The notes beneath the pieces are model-generated. The model was not told the origin of the DNA. It worked only from the letters and a program-made list of their open reading frames with translations, and searched no databases. Made by a program: the position numbers and the translations under genes. A stretch of DNA of 29,348 nucleotides. Origin: Gemmatimonadota bacterium. Its GTDB lineage: Bacteria > Gemmatimonadota > Gemmatimonadetes > Longimicrobiales > RSA9. Where the stretch lies: NCBI GenBank assembly GCA_040905425.1, contig JBBDRO010000018.1, positions 25,643 to 54,990 of the forward strand, written 5' to 3'. Positions 27,600-29,348 of this stretch are shown here, one piece after another (the first letter of the stretch is position 1; each line of letters opens with the position of its first letter).

Positions 27600-28204
27600 C
27601 AGGCGGTCATTCCTTGAAGGTAAGGTTTCATCACTGCCCATACGCGGCAGATGCGGGCGAAGTGCTCCACTTCAGCGGGTGTGAACCGTCGGTCTGCGAG
27701 CCCTTCTCGTAGAGCCTCAAGCGCCACGTCCATACCGAGTTTAGTGCGATACTTGAAGAGGTCTGCCGTCGTCTTAGCCGCTGAATAGACTCGCACAGTG
27801 GTCCCCTCTATCTCGTGAACCTCCTGCCCTTCCGTAAACGCGCGTCCGCTGAACCAAACAAACTCAACCGACGTGTGCCGTATGCGAGGCCGAGATCGTG
27901 TTTCTCTGTGATTTAGCGCGATCCATACGGTGTGAGGCATCTGGGTCCCGATACCGTGGAACGCGAGGGACGACAACAGGGCTATAACTCCATGCGGAAC
28001 GAGATGTGCAACCTCCACCAACGTTTCGTGCTCACTCACGACTGCGTCAGGAACCCTATACAGACCGTGGCCGATGCGCTCGATGTCCCCGCGCTCAAGA
28101 AGGTGGTACAGGAGGTTGGCGTCGAAGCCGGCATCTGCCACTTCTTTCCACCGCACCTGCCGGTGTTGCCTGAGGAACCGCAACAGCTTCAGCGTTTCGG
28201 TCAT
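27599..28204 (-). CDS. abiEi: AbiEi-family antitoxin / transcriptional regulator (type IV TA)
   Basis: N-terminal wHTH with ERIGHGLYR, then SLAFHGIGTQMP, VYSAAKTTADLFKYR and ARICRV...MKPYL. Confidence 0.92.
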   Translation of the reverse strand: MTETLKLLRFLRQHRQVRWKEVADAGFDANLLYHLLERGDIERIGHGLYRVPDAVVSEHETLVEVAHLVPHGVIALLSSLAFHGIGTQMPHTVWIALNHRETRSRPRIRHTSVEFVWFSGRAFTEGQEVHEIEGTTVRVYSAAKTTADLFKYRTKLGMDVALEALREGLADRRFTPAEVEHFARICRVWAVMKPYLQGMTA

Positions 28205-28215
28205 CCTGCTCAGTG

Positions 28216-28269
28216 GTTAGAGTATTCATGAGGTATGTCAAAGATACTTCATGGATACTCTAACAGCAA
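28216..28269 (-). promoter_or_regulatory. abiE promoter/operator: 23-3-23 inverted repeat overlapping TTGCTG-N17-TATCTT
   Basis: Arms 28216-28238 and 28242-28264 match at 20 of 23 positions with a 3-bp spacer. On the minus strand the -35 is at 28269-28264 and the -10 at 28246-28241. Confidence 0.85.
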
Positions 28270-28296
28270 GGCTCTACCCAACACTCCCCTTTCCAC

Positions 28297-29195
28297 TCAC
28301 TTGCGCCGCCACGGTCGGTCAGCCGGCGGACGATGGAGGCTGGCCGGTTTCCCTCTTCGACGTGGCGGGACTCCGGGCCCGGTCCCTGGTATGCGAGATC
28401 TGAGCAACTCGTGGTATCGCACGGGACCATGCCTTACCGCAAGCTCCATCACCCGGTAGAACAGCATTCCGCGGCTTCGTGACGTGCGCCGGTTGAATCT
28501 GAACACGAACTCGTCGAGATAGCTCGGTAGATGTGTGCTGTCCACTGCGCATTGGTGAGTGCCGAGCAACCAGCGCCTGGTGAGGGATGCGACCCGGTGA
28601 ACGCCCGGCAGTAGATTGCCTGGATCCTCTCCTCGGACCCGAGCCGATCGCTGATTGTAGGGCTCATGCGAGTATCCCTGTTTCGAGATTCCGCGGTACC
28701 CACTCCATCCGTCAGTGACGATCGGGCTCCGGGTACGACGTTGTCTTGGATGAACGCCCGGAGAGTGACGCCCTTAGCGTTCTCGAGTGGCGCCATGCGA
28801 CACCGGCCGATTCCGCCCTCAGTAGGGGCCTCAACCGCGATGCCTGTGAGGACCTCTTCCCCTTCGCCCGGCCTCCTGCGAGGCCAGGTTCCTGACCTCC
28901 GATGTAGGTCTCGTCCACCTCCACGCGTCCTGAGAGGCGCTCCCGACCAGGCCGTACCAGCACAGAGCGGAATCGATGAAGCATCGCCCACGCCGTCTGG
29001 TAGGAACCGATCTCGAGGGTGCGCTTCAGGTGGAGTGCGGAGATCCCGTCCTTGCCGCTTACGAACTGCCAGCAAGCGGCGAACCACACCGTGAGCGGGG
29101 TTCGGGTCCGGTCGAAGATGGTCCCTGCGGTGACGGAGCTCCGCTTGCCACACCCCGCGCACTCATAATGTCCGTCCGCGAGCCGCCCCCCCCCC
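28297..29195 (-). pseudogene. IS1595-family DDE transposase, two frameshifts and 5' truncated
   Basis: CAGC...SVTAGTIFDRTR, VEVDETY, (IV)TDGW and WLLGTHQ...YLDEFVFRFNRR are spread over three frames, with apparent 1-nt losses near 28855 and 28724. Confidence 0.9.
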
Positions 29196-29197
29196 GC

Positions 29198-29348
29198 ATT
29201 GACCGCAGGCAATGGGCGGAGCTTTTCACGCCCCCCGGAGAATCCGGTTCGCGCTGGGCGGTCTTCGACCCGAGCGGCGCCTTCCTCGGGCATGTGGCCA
29301 TGCCCGAAGCCCTGGAGGTCACGGAGATCGGCACGGACTACGTGCTCG
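29198..29348 (+). CDS. C-terminal fragment of a third beta-propeller protein (partial, runs off the window)
   Basis: Translates to IDRRQWAELFTPPGESGSRWAVFDPSGAFLGHVAMPEALEVTEIGTDYVL, matching the C-termini of the two propeller paralogs. No start codon or 5' part present. Confidence 0.7.
   Translation, partial: MDRRQWAELFTPPGESGSRWAVFDPSGAFLGHVAMPEALEVTEIGTDYVL

Larger units (their letters stand above)
26606..29195 (-). mobile_element. Degraded IS1595-family element with AbiEi/AbiEii passenger genes (left end missing)
   Basis: Transposase remnant at 28297-29195, co-oriented TA operon, and candidate terminal repeat GGGGGTATCCATGTAACCGGAG at 26606-26627. Visibly lower GC across the span. Confidence 0.5.

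Noticed and set aside
28712..28870. Programmed frameshifting in the transposase
   Set aside because: Two separate shifts are needed, no canonical slippery heptamer is visible, and IS1595 transposases are normally single ORFs.

Overview
A very GC-rich bacterial window. The gene content, with several paralogous beta-propeller lipoproteins and an ECF sigma/ZAS anti-sigma pair, suggests Gemmatimonadota, but this is an inference. Bases 1-25,000 are mostly housekeeping and envelope genes: gltA, a flavin reductase, a Ca2+/Na+ antiporter, a DinB-MATE-Rrf2 cluster, trkA-trkH, an aldehyde dehydrogenase plus extended SDR, a methyltransferase, DUF2254, YdeI/OmdA, hemE-hemH, DUF4260 and an ECF sigma operon. 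From about 26,570 the sequence is visibly less GC-rich and holds an AbiEi/AbiEii type IV toxin-antitoxin (abortive infection) operon with a 23-3-23 inverted-repeat operator. That operon appears to lie inside a degraded IS1595-family element, between the transposase and a candidate terminal repeat. Features not explained by gene calls: a roughly 430-nt hairpin-rich segment upstream of gltA with + strand G-U bias (candidate ncRNA); a polyproline-ended leader ORF followed by four hairpins and a 53-aa membrane protein absent from the ORF track; three classes of 52-63 bp periodic repeats flanking an orphan lipoprotein gene; AT-rich operator palindromes; and two consecutive genes that seem to need CTG starts. 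Homopolymer G/C tracts and the junction at about 29,190 may be assembly artefacts. All family calls come from motif recognition, not database searches.
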